Assembly (NCBI GenBank): GCA_964394645.1
Contig: CAYMYC010000001.1
Span: forward strand, 47,241 to 111,240
Direction: 5' to 3'
DNA: 64,000 nucleotides
Origin: an uncultured Gammaproteobacteria bacterium
Lineage (GTDB): Bacteria > Patescibacteriota > Microgenomatia > Levybacterales > GWA1-39-11
The first letter of the stretch is position 1, and the number at the start of each line of letters is the position of its first letter. The translations under genes were made by a program, and so were the position numbers. Below, piece by piece: positions 34,694 through 44,189 of this stretch. The notes under the pieces are model-generated. The model saw nothing but the letters and a program-made list of their open reading frames with translations, was not told where the DNA came from and searched no databases.

Positions 34694-37600
34694 TCAAGGG
34701 TTGTTATTTGTTTTTTCGTTATGAAACCATTGGTAATATACTACAGGAATAAAAAATAGCATAATTGTTCCTGAGAAAACGAGACCTGCAATAATTGCAC
34801 CTCCTAGACCCCTCCACAATGGGTCAGAAAGGGTTATGGGGATAAGACCCATGATAGTGGCGAATGTCGTTAGCGTAATCGGTTCAAGCCTACTTCCTGT
34901 GGCATCTGCTATGCTTTTAATAAAGGGCATATTGTGTTTTTCGTTTGCGGTTATTTTATCCACTATAAGTATTGAGTTTTTTACTACAATTCCAAATAGA
35001 GCCAGAACTCCAATGAGAGCAGGGAATGAGAGCGGGGTAGAAGAAACTGCGAACAGAATAAAAACACCTGAGATTGAAAGGGGAATAACCAGCATGACAA
35101 TTATGGCTTTTCTAAAAGAAGAGAATTGAATAACCATGGTAGCCAAGATGAGCGTAAAGGAGAGAAGCATAGCGCTAAGAATTGAGTTAATTGAGTTTTG
35201 GTTCTCTTCATTTACTCCCCCTGTTTTCCAGGTATATCCAGGTGGAAGATTAAGTTTTGAATCGGCAAATTTCTCAAGTTTTGTGTTTATTTCAGAACTA
35301 GTTGCTCCACCACGCACGCCGGCACTCACAGAGATAGTTCTTTCACCATCTTCGCGTGTAATTTGCGTCGGATTTGGTTTTAGCTCTAACATTCCTAGTG
35401 AAGTGAGGGGAACATTTCCTTTTTGAGTCGGAATAGAAAGATTATAGACATCTTCTATGCGTTGTTCACCTGTTCCAAGCCGTAATGTAATATCAGTCTC
35501 TTCAGAAAAATCTCCGGTTATTTTTGCGCTATCTAATTTTAGTCCTGATGCAAATGTTCTAAGCCAGCCAGCTATTGTTTCAACGCCGATATTATTTGTG
35601 GCAAGAATTTCTTTTTGTGGGGTAAATACGATTTTTGATGTTCCGTCTTTTATGGATTTTTTTGGTTCCACAATACCGTTTTGATCTTTTAGGAATGAAA
35701 TTACTTGATCAGAATAGCGGTCAAGTACGGATAGATCCTCACCTAGAAGTTTGATTTGAATATCTGCCCCTGCTGGAGGTCCGCCACTCACTTCAGTTAC
35801 CGTTACTATTCCCTTTGAATATTCCTTAAGGTCATGTCTTAGACTTTCTGCAAGCTGTATTGAGTCACGATTTCTTTCAGAGCGCTCTGGCAGTGTTATT
35901 GAGAATAAGACATTATTAGTCCCAGTACTGGTAGTACCCCCCATATCAGAAAATCCCTGTCCTATGTCTGAGGTAATATAAAGTATATCGGGTGTAGTTC
36001 TAAGTTTATTGAGAATAGAAATTGCCTCCTTTTCAGTAACTTGAATATTGGTTCCGACTGGAAGCTCTAGGGATACATATAAATTTTTTTGGTCGCTTGG
36101 TGGAAAAAATTCATTTTTTACAAATCCAAGAGGAAGCAATAGATAGGAAAACAATGAAAAAATTACGACCATTATAATAACTTTTCGTCTATTGCTTTTA
36201 CTCGATAAAATACGTTCCAGCACTCGTTCGTATCGGACACCTATTTTTTCAAAACTTATAAACCCATTATCTATATAAGACGGAATACGCGCTAGAAGTG
36301 GATTTTTATGATGTGCTGCCTTTACGTATATTTTTGTTTTTGTAAATAGTACTCTCCATACAATTATCGTGATAAATATCGTTACTATGAGGGAAATGAT
36401 TGAAAAGACTAAAAAGATGCCTTTAGGGGCTACAAAAAAGAACAGGGTTAATAGCCCGATAAGTAAAAGTGTTTGAAGTAGTATGGACACTCTGCGAGGA
36501 ATTTGGGGCTTGAGCAGGATTACCATAAAAGGTAGTGTCATAAACATTGCGACAAAAAAGGAAGCAATCAGTGTGCTTGAAACTACGATGGGTATAGACT
36601 TAATAAATTCTCCAATAATTCCTGACGCAAGAAGGAGGGGGACAAATGCCCAGACTGTTGTAAGGGTTGTGGTTAATATTGCCACGATAAAGTCTTTCCA
36701 AACAAGAATTCCAGTTTCAAGTGCCGTGAATTTCCCTGATCTAAAGTAGGAGCTCATTGCTGAAATAACAACAATTGCATCATCGACTAAAAGACCTAAG
36801 GAGAGTAATAATGAAAACATAGATAGAAAATTTAAAGAGATTCCAGTTATACGCATAACGGTAAAGGTGATAAGAAAAGTGAGTGGGACAGCAAAAAATG
36901 ATACTATTGCAGGGCGCGCACCTAGAAAAATAAACAGAACAGCAAAAACTAGAACAATTGTAAGGGTAAAATCACGAACAAGGTGGCTAAACTGCTCATC
37001 AATTTGTTCACCTGTATTTTGAATACTCCTTGCGTAGAATGTGTTTTTATGTGGTTCGATACTTTTTTCCACTAAATTCTCAGCGTCTAGAACGGCTTTG
37101 TCTATGTTTGAGCCTGATGTTTTGTATACATCAAACACAATAGCTTTCGTTGCAGCTTGTGTGCGGGAGGCAAAATATGTAGAGGGGGAATTTGGTTTTG
37201 AGCGTTCTGAAATAGATGCGATTGATGACAAAGGCACAATTTCTCCATTTATATTTAGTGTTAAATTTCTGACATCGTTAATACTAGAGATAGCAGGATC
37301 AATTGCAAGGCTAAACGAAGAATTTTCTGTTCTGATGGTACCTGAAGGAAATGATGCAAGCGAGTTCTTAACAAGCTGAGATAATAAGAAGGGATTAAGT
37401 TGATATGCATTTGCTGCATTTACATCCATGACAATACTTATTTCTTGCATCTCAAGCCCTCCGGTTCGTACATGATCAATTGACGGTAGCTCTTCAAGTC
37501 TATCCTTAATCGTTTTGGAAAATCGTGCAATACTCGCATAGTCTGACGTTCCAATAAGTGCAAATGTCCATACTGGTTGATTTTCAAAATCAATTTTTTG

Positions 37601-38032
37601 AACTTGGGGTTCTAGAGCGTCTTCGGGAAGAGCGACTGCATCAACTACTCCTTGTATATCAGTTTTTGCTTTTTCAGGGTCTACTGAAGAGTTAAATTCT
37701 ACCTGAATAACGGAAGAGTTATCCTGAGACGTGGAGGTTACAGTGGTGATTTTTTCGATTGATCTGACGGCATTTTCAAGCGGAATAGTAACTAGAGACT
37801 CTATGTCTTCTGGTCCTGCGCCAGGGAGGACTGTTGCAACTATTATTAATGGAATTTTTACCTCTGGGTTAAGACGCCTTGGAAGACTCATGTATGAAAT
37901 TGTTCCAATTCCAATTACAATAAGGAGAATGAGCATAGATAATCTCGGATTTCCAAGATATTTCGCAAACCAACTATGCTTAAGTTTTGGATCGAACTGT
38001 AATTTGTGAAGATAAGATAGGGTTTTTTTCAT
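34694..38032 (-). CDS. RND-family efflux transporter permease (AcrB/AcrD/AcrF-like, 1112 aa)
   Basis: 12-TM architecture with two large extracytoplasmic loops. N-terminus ...FAKYLGNPRLSMLILLIVIGIGTISYMSLPRRLNPEVKIPLIIV... Confidence 0.9.
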   Translation of the reverse strand: MKKTLSYLHKLQFDPKLKHSWFAKYLGNPRLSMLILLIVIGIGTISYMSLPRRLNPEVKIPLIIVATVLPGAGPEDIESLVTIPLENAVRSIEKITTVTSTSQDNSSVIQVEFNSSVDPEKAKTDIQGVVDAVALPEDALEPQVQKIDFENQPVWTFALIGTSDYASIARFSKTIKDRLEELPSIDHVRTGGLEMQEISIVMDVNAANAYQLNPFLLSQLVKNSLASFPSGTIRTENSSFSLAIDPAISSINDVRNLTLNINGEIVPLSSIASISERSKPNSPSTYFASRTQAATKAIVFDVYKTSGSNIDKAVLDAENLVEKSIEPHKNTFYARSIQNTGEQIDEQFSHLVRDFTLTIVLVFAVLFIFLGARPAIVSFFAVPLTFLITFTVMRITGISLNFLSMFSLLLSLGLLVDDAIVVISAMSSYFRSGKFTALETGILVWKDFIVAILTTTLTTVWAFVPLLLASGIIGEFIKSIPIVVSSTLIASFFVAMFMTLPFMVILLKPQIPRRVSILLQTLLLIGLLTLFFFVAPKGIFLVFSIISLIVTIFITIIVWRVLFTKTKIYVKAAHHKNPLLARIPSYIDNGFISFEKIGVRYERVLERILSSKSNRRKVIIMVVIFSLFSYLLLPLGFVKNEFFPPSDQKNLYVSLELPVGTNIQVTEKEAISILNKLRTTPDILYITSDIGQGFSDMGGTTSTGTNNVLFSITLPERSERNRDSIQLAESLRHDLKEYSKGIVTVTEVSGGPPAGADIQIKLLGEDLSVLDRYSDQVISFLKDQNGIVEPKKSIKDGTSKIVFTPQKEILATNNIGVETIAGWLRTFASGLKLDSAKITGDFSEETDITLRLGTGEQRIEDVYNLSIPTQKGNVPLTSLGMLELKPNPTQITREDGERTISVSAGVRGGATSSEINTKLEKFADSKLNLPPGYTWKTGGVNEENQNSINSILSAMLLSFTLILATMVIQFSSFRKAIIVMLVIPLSISGVFILFAVSSTPLSFPALIGVLALFGIVVKNSILIVDKITANEKHNMPFIKSIADATGSRLEPITLTTFATIMGLIPITLSDPLWRGLGGAIIAGLVFSGTIMLFFIPVVYYQWFHNEKTNNNP

Positions 38033-38043
38033 TGTACATATAA

Positions 38044-39561
38044 TTACTTGTCTGTTTTTATTTTTTCTCCTGAAACAACGTTTCGATTGAGAATTATTTT
38101 ATCTCCATCCTGAATTCCTGACGATACTTCAACATAACTTCCGTATACAGCACCTAGTTTTATAGTTTTTGAAACAACTTTATTATTCTTTTCAACAAAA
38201 ACATATGATGAGTTTTGTGATTGAAACACAGAATCTATTGGAATAAAAGGGACTGATGCTAGAGTGTCTCCGTAACCTATAGGTGTTTCAACGGTAATAT
38301 AGCTTTTGTTTACTACTTTTGAGATATATTCAGTAGGTAGTACATAGAGAACGTTATAAAGTAACGATTTTGTCGGTACGCCAGATACATAAGAAGGCGC
38401 GAGCAGTATTTTCTCCCCATCTATATGAATTGTGCTTGGAGTTGCTCTTGATATATTTTTTGCTACCTCTTGGGGTACGAGAAGACTTAGTGTGGCTTTG
38501 GGATTATCGCTTGAAATCAATGCTATAACTGTTCCTGGATTGACTGACTCTCCCGGAGAAACCATAATTTTCTCAACAGTCCCCTGAAATGGCGCTGCAG
38601 GTTGCATGAGTGCAGAAGTTACTAGCGCAATATTATACTGTATTCTGGATGTTTCCTTTGAAAGTAAAAGAGCTTTTTCTTGTAATTCAAGTTGTTTGTA
38701 TGATATATCCTTTTGTATATTTGCAAGTTGTGTGGGTGGGTTAGCAGTATTAGTTGTATACTCAAGGCTTTTAAGTGTAGCTCTTAGCTGATTCACTCCT
38801 GATTGGGCTTGAGCTTTTGCTTGTTGAGCACCCAGTAATTGTTCCGGTGTTGCGCCATTTTGTTCAAGTGTTTCGAGTTGATTTGTTAGCGTGTTAAGGA
38901 TTGTTTCATTTTGGTCTAATAACCCTTTTGTATTTGTCTCAGACTCATCAGAAATTTTCCTGAGTTCTTCAGTGTTGTTATTTATTTTTTCAGTAAGTTC
39001 CCTTTGTTTTCCGATCAGGTCTTTTTGTGTGTCAAAGGTGTCTTGGATATTTTTATATTGCGCGCCTGCTAATTGAGCTTGAAGGCTGGGAGTATTACCA
39101 CCCTGATAGTTGGTTGAGAGAGATACGAGCGTTTGTCCATCGTTTATACGTTGACCATCTGTAACATAAACTTCTTGAACAATTCCTGGCATTTGAGCAA
39201 CTATTTCTACAACTCCTTCTTGTTTAACTTGTGCTTGAAGCGCTATTTTTGGGGATTCTCCAATGGAATATACCTTAACTCTTTTAACGAGCTCTTTTGT
39301 TTGTTCTGATTTTATTCCAAGCTTAGAACTAATATTTCCTAAAACGATAATAAGAAGCAATATTCCAAGCGCAATAAAAAAACTAAGAAAAGGGTGTTTT
39401 TGAGCACGAATTAAGAACTTTTTATATCCAGGTTTTACCCTTTTTTGTATAGAATAAAATATTTTTTTTATTTTTTTTGAAAATGTACCAAACAAGCTTA
39501 AGCGGTTGATCGGGGCAGATCTTTTCGCGTTTGGCATTTTTGTTAAATGCCTTTTTACCAT
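38044..39561 (-). CDS. periplasmic adaptor (membrane fusion protein, HlyD family)
   Basis: N-terminal TM anchor, a long coiled-coil hairpin with Q/L-rich heptads, and a beta-barrel C-terminus. Immediately upstream of the RND gene. Confidence 0.8.
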   Translation of the reverse strand: MVKRHLTKMPNAKRSAPINRLSLFGTFSKKIKKIFYSIQKRVKPGYKKFLIRAQKHPFLSFFIALGILLLIIVLGNISSKLGIKSEQTKELVKRVKVYSIGESPKIALQAQVKQEGVVEIVAQMPGIVQEVYVTDGQRINDGQTLVSLSTNYQGGNTPSLQAQLAGAQYKNIQDTFDTQKDLIGKQRELTEKINNNTEELRKISDESETNTKGLLDQNETILNTLTNQLETLEQNGATPEQLLGAQQAKAQAQSGVNQLRATLKSLEYTTNTANPPTQLANIQKDISYKQLELQEKALLLSKETSRIQYNIALVTSALMQPAAPFQGTVEKIMVSPGESVNPGTVIALISSDNPKATLSLLVPQEVAKNISRATPSTIHIDGEKILLAPSYVSGVPTKSLLYNVLYVLPTEYISKVVNKSYITVETPIGYGDTLASVPFIPIDSVFQSQNSSYVFVEKNNKVVSKTIKLGAVYGSYVEVSSGIQDGDKIILNRNVVSGEKIKTDK

Positions 39562-39649
39562 ATGCGTGTAAGTGAGGCATTGATTTTAACAGAAAATGAT
39601 GTGTTAACACAAGCCTGCATGCTTCTTGCACCCACTATTTTTAGAAGAG

Positions 39650-40861
39650 TTATTCATATCGAAGAGCATCAATCGGAGATAATTTTGCTGCACGCCTTGC
39701 GGGATATAGCCCAAAAACTACTCCAACGAGGGTTGAAACTCCAACAGCAATTAATATAGCAGGTGCGCTTACAATAAATGGAATATGAAAAGCTACCGAT
39801 GCAAGAAATGCTCCCAAAATACCTAAGATAATTCCAATTAGACCACCAATGAGAGTCATTACTATTGCCTCAACTAAAAATTGTGTTAGTATGTCCTTTT
39901 CTTTTGCGCCTATGGCTTTAAGAAGTCCTATTTCTTTTGTGCGTTCAGTTACTGATACTAACATTATATTCATTACGCCTACTCCTCCGACAATAAGTGA
40001 AATACCAGATATTCCGGCAATCATTAGCGCAAGTAAGCCTGTTATGGTTTGGACAGTATCTAAAATATCTTGTGCACTTGCAATTCTAAAATCATTCTCG
40101 TCATTTTCGTCAAGATTATGCCTATCGCGTAGAAGCTGTTCAACATCATCTATTGTTTGATTGATGCTGTCCTGATCATACACGCTTACATCAATTTCTT
40201 GAATTTGTTCTCGTCCTAATATATCTTTTGTAACAAAGTTGATTGGAATAAAAAGTGAATTATTTATAAACCCCCCAGCAAGCGCACTTGATGATTCCAT
40301 TACGCCAACGACACGAAAAGACTTATTTTTTATTTTAATCACTTCGCCTACAGGAGACGTATCCTTGCCAAAAAATGTTTCTGCTGCATCAATTCCTATA
40401 ACTGCGACCCTATCTGAAGATGAGACTTCATCGGGCGTAATAAAATCTCCATCAACTATTTCAGGGCGCAGTATGGTTTGAGATTCAGAAGTACTCCCAT
40501 ATACTAAAAGTTCTTTCTCTTCCCCATTTGCTGATACCGGAACGGAAGCCATAGCAATTGGTACAACCTCTTTTACATTCGTTAAGGAGGTATCTTCTCG
40601 GATTGCATCAACATCTTCTATGCTTAACGCATCTGAACCTGCAAAAGTACTTACCTGACTTGACCCAGGATTGATCTGAAAATAATCGGTTCCAAAGGAA
40701 GCAAGTTCATTTGTAATAAAAGCGACTGCCCCTTGTCCAACTGAGTAGATAAGAATAACCGCAGTGATTCCTATAATTATGCCAAGCATGGTAAGAGAGG
40801 TTCTAAGTACGTTTCTTCTTAGTGACTGGAGCGCTGATTTTACTATTTCCCTGTATTCCAT
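39650..40861 (-). CDS. ABC transporter permease, FtsX/MacB-type (YknZ-like)
   Basis: MEYREIVKSALQSLRRNVLRTSLTMLGIIIGITAVI.... Large extracytoplasmic domain between TM1 and TM2. C-terminal FtsX 3-TM bundle. Confidence 0.88.
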   Translation of the reverse strand: MEYREIVKSALQSLRRNVLRTSLTMLGIIIGITAVILIYSVGQGAVAFITNELASFGTDYFQINPGSSQVSTFAGSDALSIEDVDAIREDTSLTNVKEVVPIAMASVPVSANGEEKELLVYGSTSESQTILRPEIVDGDFITPDEVSSSDRVAVIGIDAAETFFGKDTSPVGEVIKIKNKSFRVVGVMESSSALAGGFINNSLFIPINFVTKDILGREQIQEIDVSVYDQDSINQTIDDVEQLLRDRHNLDENDENDFRIASAQDILDTVQTITGLLALMIAGISGISLIVGGVGVMNIMLVSVTERTKEIGLLKAIGAKEKDILTQFLVEAIVMTLIGGLIGIILGILGAFLASVAFHIPFIVSAPAILIAVGVSTLVGVVFGLYPARRAAKLSPIDALRYE

Positions 40862-40863
40862 AA

Positions 40864-41559
40864 TTAACGTTTTGTGTCAGATATAATTTTTCCGTCTTTT
40901 AGTCTAATAACACGTTTTGCATACTCAGCTATATCATCTTCATGAGTTATTAATATTATGGTATGCCCTTTTTTATTAAGTTTTGTGAGAAAATCCATAA
41001 TTTCATGTGCAGTTTTACTGTCCAGGTTTCCTGTAGGCTCATCTGCAAGTATAATTGAGGGATTCATGACTATGGCTCGGGCAATTGCAACTCTTTGAAT
41101 TTGACCACCAGAGATTTGGTTTGTAAGGTTTTCGGATTTATCTGCAATTTTGACTAGTGTTAAGGCGTCAATTGCGCGTCTAGTGCGTTCTTTTTGATTT
41201 ATACCACCATACATCATAGGTCGTTCAACGTTTTTAAGAACAGTAGTTCTGGGGAGAAGATTAAAACTTTGAAACACAAATCCAATTTCTTTATTTCTAA
41301 TTTCAGCAAGTTGATCATCTGTATAGCTTGATATGTTTTTCCCATTTAGAGTATACGTGCCGCTGCTAGGAGTATCTAGTGCACCTAAAATGTGCATGGT
41401 TGTAGATTTTCCAGATCCTGATGGTCCCATGATGGCTACAAACTCACCTTTATTTATAGTGAGACTGATCCCATTTAACGCCTGATAATAGTCACCATCT
41501 CCTAGAGGATATTTTTTCGTAATTTTATCAAGTAGTATAAGTGGTGTATTTTGTGGCAT
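40864..41559 (-). CDS. ABC transporter ATP-binding protein (MacB/LolD family, YknY-like)
   Basis: Walker A GPSGSGKST. Signature LSGGQIQRVAIARA. Walker B IILADEPTGNLD. Start placed at MPQNTPLILL..., the internal Met of the track ORF. Confidence 0.9.
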   Translation of the reverse strand: MPQNTPLILLDKITKKYPLGDGDYYQALNGISLTINKGEFVAIMGPSGSGKSTTMHILGALDTPSSGTYTLNGKNISSYTDDQLAEIRNKEIGFVFQSFNLLPRTTVLKNVERPMMYGGINQKERTRRAIDALTLVKIADKSENLTNQISGGQIQRVAIARAIVMNPSIILADEPTGNLDSKTAHEIMDFLTKLNKKGHTIILITHEDDIAEYAKRVIRLKDGKIISDTKR

Positions 41560-41572
41560 GACATTGTTATTT

Positions 41573-42808
41573 TTAAAATAGTCCCTGTCTTTTAAGAGCC
41601 TCATTTGATAGGGAAACAATCACGGTATCTCCCTCTTTTATACCGCTTAAGATTTCTGTTTTTGATTCTCCCCGAATTCCAATTTTCACGGGTTTATATA
41701 TTACGTCTTTTTTATTTTTTCCAGGAATTCGTACAGCTCTTCCGCCTTTGTATAGCTTGATTGCGCTATTTGGGGCAGATAGGACATTTGTTACAGTTTT
41801 TGAGGTTATGGTAACGTCTGCGTCCATGCCTGATCGTAAATTTTCGTCTGGATTTAAAATCTGTATATAAATATTGTACTTGATTACGCCAAGGTTATTT
41901 GTTCCTACAGAATCAACGCGGGAGACAATTCCTTTGTATATTTTTTTATTTGTAGCAGAGATGCTGATTTCCGCTTTTTGCCCTTCCTTTAATTTTGAGA
42001 TATCGCTTTCTCCAGTTTGAATTACTACTTCAGGATTTATAAAATTTGCAAGCGTTAGAACCGGTTGTATTTGTTGTGTTGGAGAATGTACTGCAACTGT
42101 TTTACCGGGAGCGACTGAAAGATTTGATACCGTACCATCTGCGGGAGACTTAACAGTTGCGTTTTGTGTCGCGTTATAAGAAAGATTTGCGCTTCCTAAA
42201 GCAGCTTTCGCCTGGTTTACAACAGCTTGTTGGTTTTTATACTGTGCTTCTGCTGCAAGCCAGTCGTTTTGAGCAGTCGTAAACTCAGGTAAGACACGTT
42301 CGGATGTTTTCGGACTTCCATCAGAATTTTGATATTTAGAATTTGTGGCAAGCTCATAATAAGTGTCCCATGCTGCATCTTTTGCGGATTGAAGCGAATA
42401 CATTGTTGCATTAGCAGTACCCAATGCGCTTTGTGCCTGGAGAAGACTTGTTAGTGCGTTTGCCTTTTCTTGTTCTGACGCGCTACTTTTAACGGTAAAT
42501 AGTTCATCATTTTCTTTTACATCTTCACCATTTTTAACAAAAATTTTTTCAATTGTGCCATTTGTAGGAGAGTATACGTCAACTCTTCCAGACACTTCTA
42601 TCTGTCCAGTTTCTGTTATCTGTTCACTTATTGTACTCCTTATGATTTTTGCAGCTGTATAATCAGGTTTTTGGGTTAGAGTAGATAGGACATTTGAGAC
42701 TACAATTATGCTAATTATGATGAATACAACCACCAATAACCTTTTTTTAAAAGATAGGCAGAAAAACCAATTTTTAAATTTAATAAATGGTTTTTTTATT
42801 GTGTTCAT
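41573..42808 (-). CDS. periplasmic adaptor (membrane fusion protein, YknX/MacA-like)
   Basis: N-terminal TM anchor, coiled coil, and C-terminal beta domains. First gene of the MFP-ATPase-permease trio. Confidence 0.8.
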   Translation of the reverse strand: MNTIKKPFIKFKNWFFCLSFKKRLLVVVFIIISIIVVSNVLSTLTQKPDYTAAKIIRSTISEQITETGQIEVSGRVDVYSPTNGTIEKIFVKNGEDVKENDELFTVKSSASEQEKANALTSLLQAQSALGTANATMYSLQSAKDAAWDTYYELATNSKYQNSDGSPKTSERVLPEFTTAQNDWLAAEAQYKNQQAVVNQAKAALGSANLSYNATQNATVKSPADGTVSNLSVAPGKTVAVHSPTQQIQPVLTLANFINPEVVIQTGESDISKLKEGQKAEISISATNKKIYKGIVSRVDSVGTNNLGVIKYNIYIQILNPDENLRSGMDADVTITSKTVTNVLSAPNSAIKLYKGGRAVRIPGKNKKDVIYKPVKIGIRGESKTEILSGIKEGDTVIVSLSNEALKRQGLF

Positions 42809-42916
42809 AAGTTCATTTTGAGTATATAGTGTATATGATTCGCAGCATAAATTCTAGCAAAAAAAGTGAGTAAGTCAGTGACGTACATCAATGAGCCTCA
42901 TTTTTTAGGTTTGGGG

Positions 42917-42944
42917 TTGTCAAATAAGGGAAATGGTGTATAAT
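42917..42944 (+). promoter_or_regulatory. sigma-70-like promoter TTGTCA-16-TATAAT upstream of nusA
   Basis: TTGTCA at 42917-42922 and TATAAT at 42939-42944. Confidence 0.5.
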
Positions 42945-42967
42945 AATAAGAACAAATAAGCAAAAGA

Positions 42968-42990
42968 GGTGGGAAGTTCCCACCTTTTTT
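42968..42990 (+). terminator. hairpin GGTGGGAAGTTCCCACC followed by TTTTTT in the nusA leader (intrinsic-terminator-like; attenuator candidate)
   Basis: 7-bp GC-rich stem with a 3-nt loop, followed directly by T6 at 42985-42990. Sits between the promoter and the nusA ATG at 43004. Confidence 0.4.
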
Positions 42991-43003
42991 AAAATAAAAA
43001 CAT

Positions 43004-44077
43004 ATGGCAGTCTTACAAAGATCAGAATTTGCATTAGCATTAAACCAAATAGCATCCGAGAGAGGAGTGGACGCATCTGTTATTTTAGAGACAATGCGCT
43101 CTGCAATACTTGCTGCTTACCGTAAAGATAATCCATCTGAAGAGGAGGACACTGCATATGTTATAGACCTAAATGAGAATACAGGTGAGACGCGTATTTT
43201 AAAGGACGGAAAAGATATAACTCCTCCGGGTTTTGGGCGAATTGCAGCTCAAACTGCAAAGCAGGTGTTACTTCAAAAAATAAGAGAACGTGAAAAAGAC
43301 GCGATAATTGATGAATATTCAAAGCGAATAGGTACTGTGGTCAATGGCATGATCCTTCGTTTTGCCGGACCAAATATTATTGTGGATATCGGTAAAGCTG
43401 AGGCTATTTTGCCTGCTAATCAAAGAATTCCAAACGAACAATACTTTCTAAATAAAAAAATGCCTGTATATATTATGGAGATTTCTGAAGAAAAAGGGAG
43501 AGAGGTATTGGTTTCAAGAGCTCACAATGGACTTATTGAAGGACTGTTAAAAAGAGAGGTTCCTGAGGTTGCAGCTGGAAGCGTTGTGATAGACAAAATA
43601 GTAAGAGAGCCAGGTTCTCGAGCAAAAATAGCTGTTTCATCTAAGCAATCAGGGGTGGATCCTGTGGGATCCTGTGTAGGTCAAAAGGGAGTACGGATAC
43701 AATCTGTTATAGATGCGTTAGATGGGTTAGAAAAAATAGATGTTATTCAGGGGAGCTCTGATCCTGCAAAATTTATTGCAAACGCTTTGTCTCCGGCGAA
43801 GGAACTTGCAGTTGAAGTGAATGAAAAAGAGAAAATTGCATACGTTTCTGCACCAAAAGAAGAATTACCTTTAATAATTGGTCGTGATGGGCAAAACGTA
43901 CGACTTGCATCAAAACTTGCGGGTTATAATATAGAAGTGAAAGATGTCTCACCAGTAGTAGATGATTTGGATACATTAGTGGATGAACCATCTCAAGAAG
44001 CTGAAAAATTAGAATCAGAAGAAAATTCCCCACCCATTGCTACCTCACAGGAAGAAAAAACAGAAGAAACTGCATAG
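43004..44077 (+). CDS. nusA: transcription termination/antitermination factor NusA
   Basis: N-terminal domain, S1 domain and two KH domains. Acidic C-terminal tail. Confidence 0.92.
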   Translation: MAVLQRSEFALALNQIASERGVDASVILETMRSAILAAYRKDNPSEEEDTAYVIDLNENTGETRILKDGKDITPPGFGRIAAQTAKQVLLQKIREREKDAIIDEYSKRIGTVVNGMILRFAGPNIIVDIGKAEAILPANQRIPNEQYFLNKKMPVYIMEISEEKGREVLVSRAHNGLIEGLLKREVPEVAAGSVVIDKIVREPGSRAKIAVSSKQSGVDPVGSCVGQKGVRIQSVIDALDGLEKIDVIQGSSDPAKFIANALSPAKELAVEVNEKEKIAYVSAPKEELPLIIGRDGQNVRLASKLAGYNIEVKDVSPVVDDLDTLVDEPSQEAEKLESEENSPPIATSQEEKTEETA

Positions 44078-44189
44078 CTGTATATCTTCAATTTAAATTT
44101 ACAATACTCACTATATAATTTATATATTGAATACTTAAACGATAACTAAGGTATTGTAAATGAAAATTTACAAGAAATAAAAACGCATT

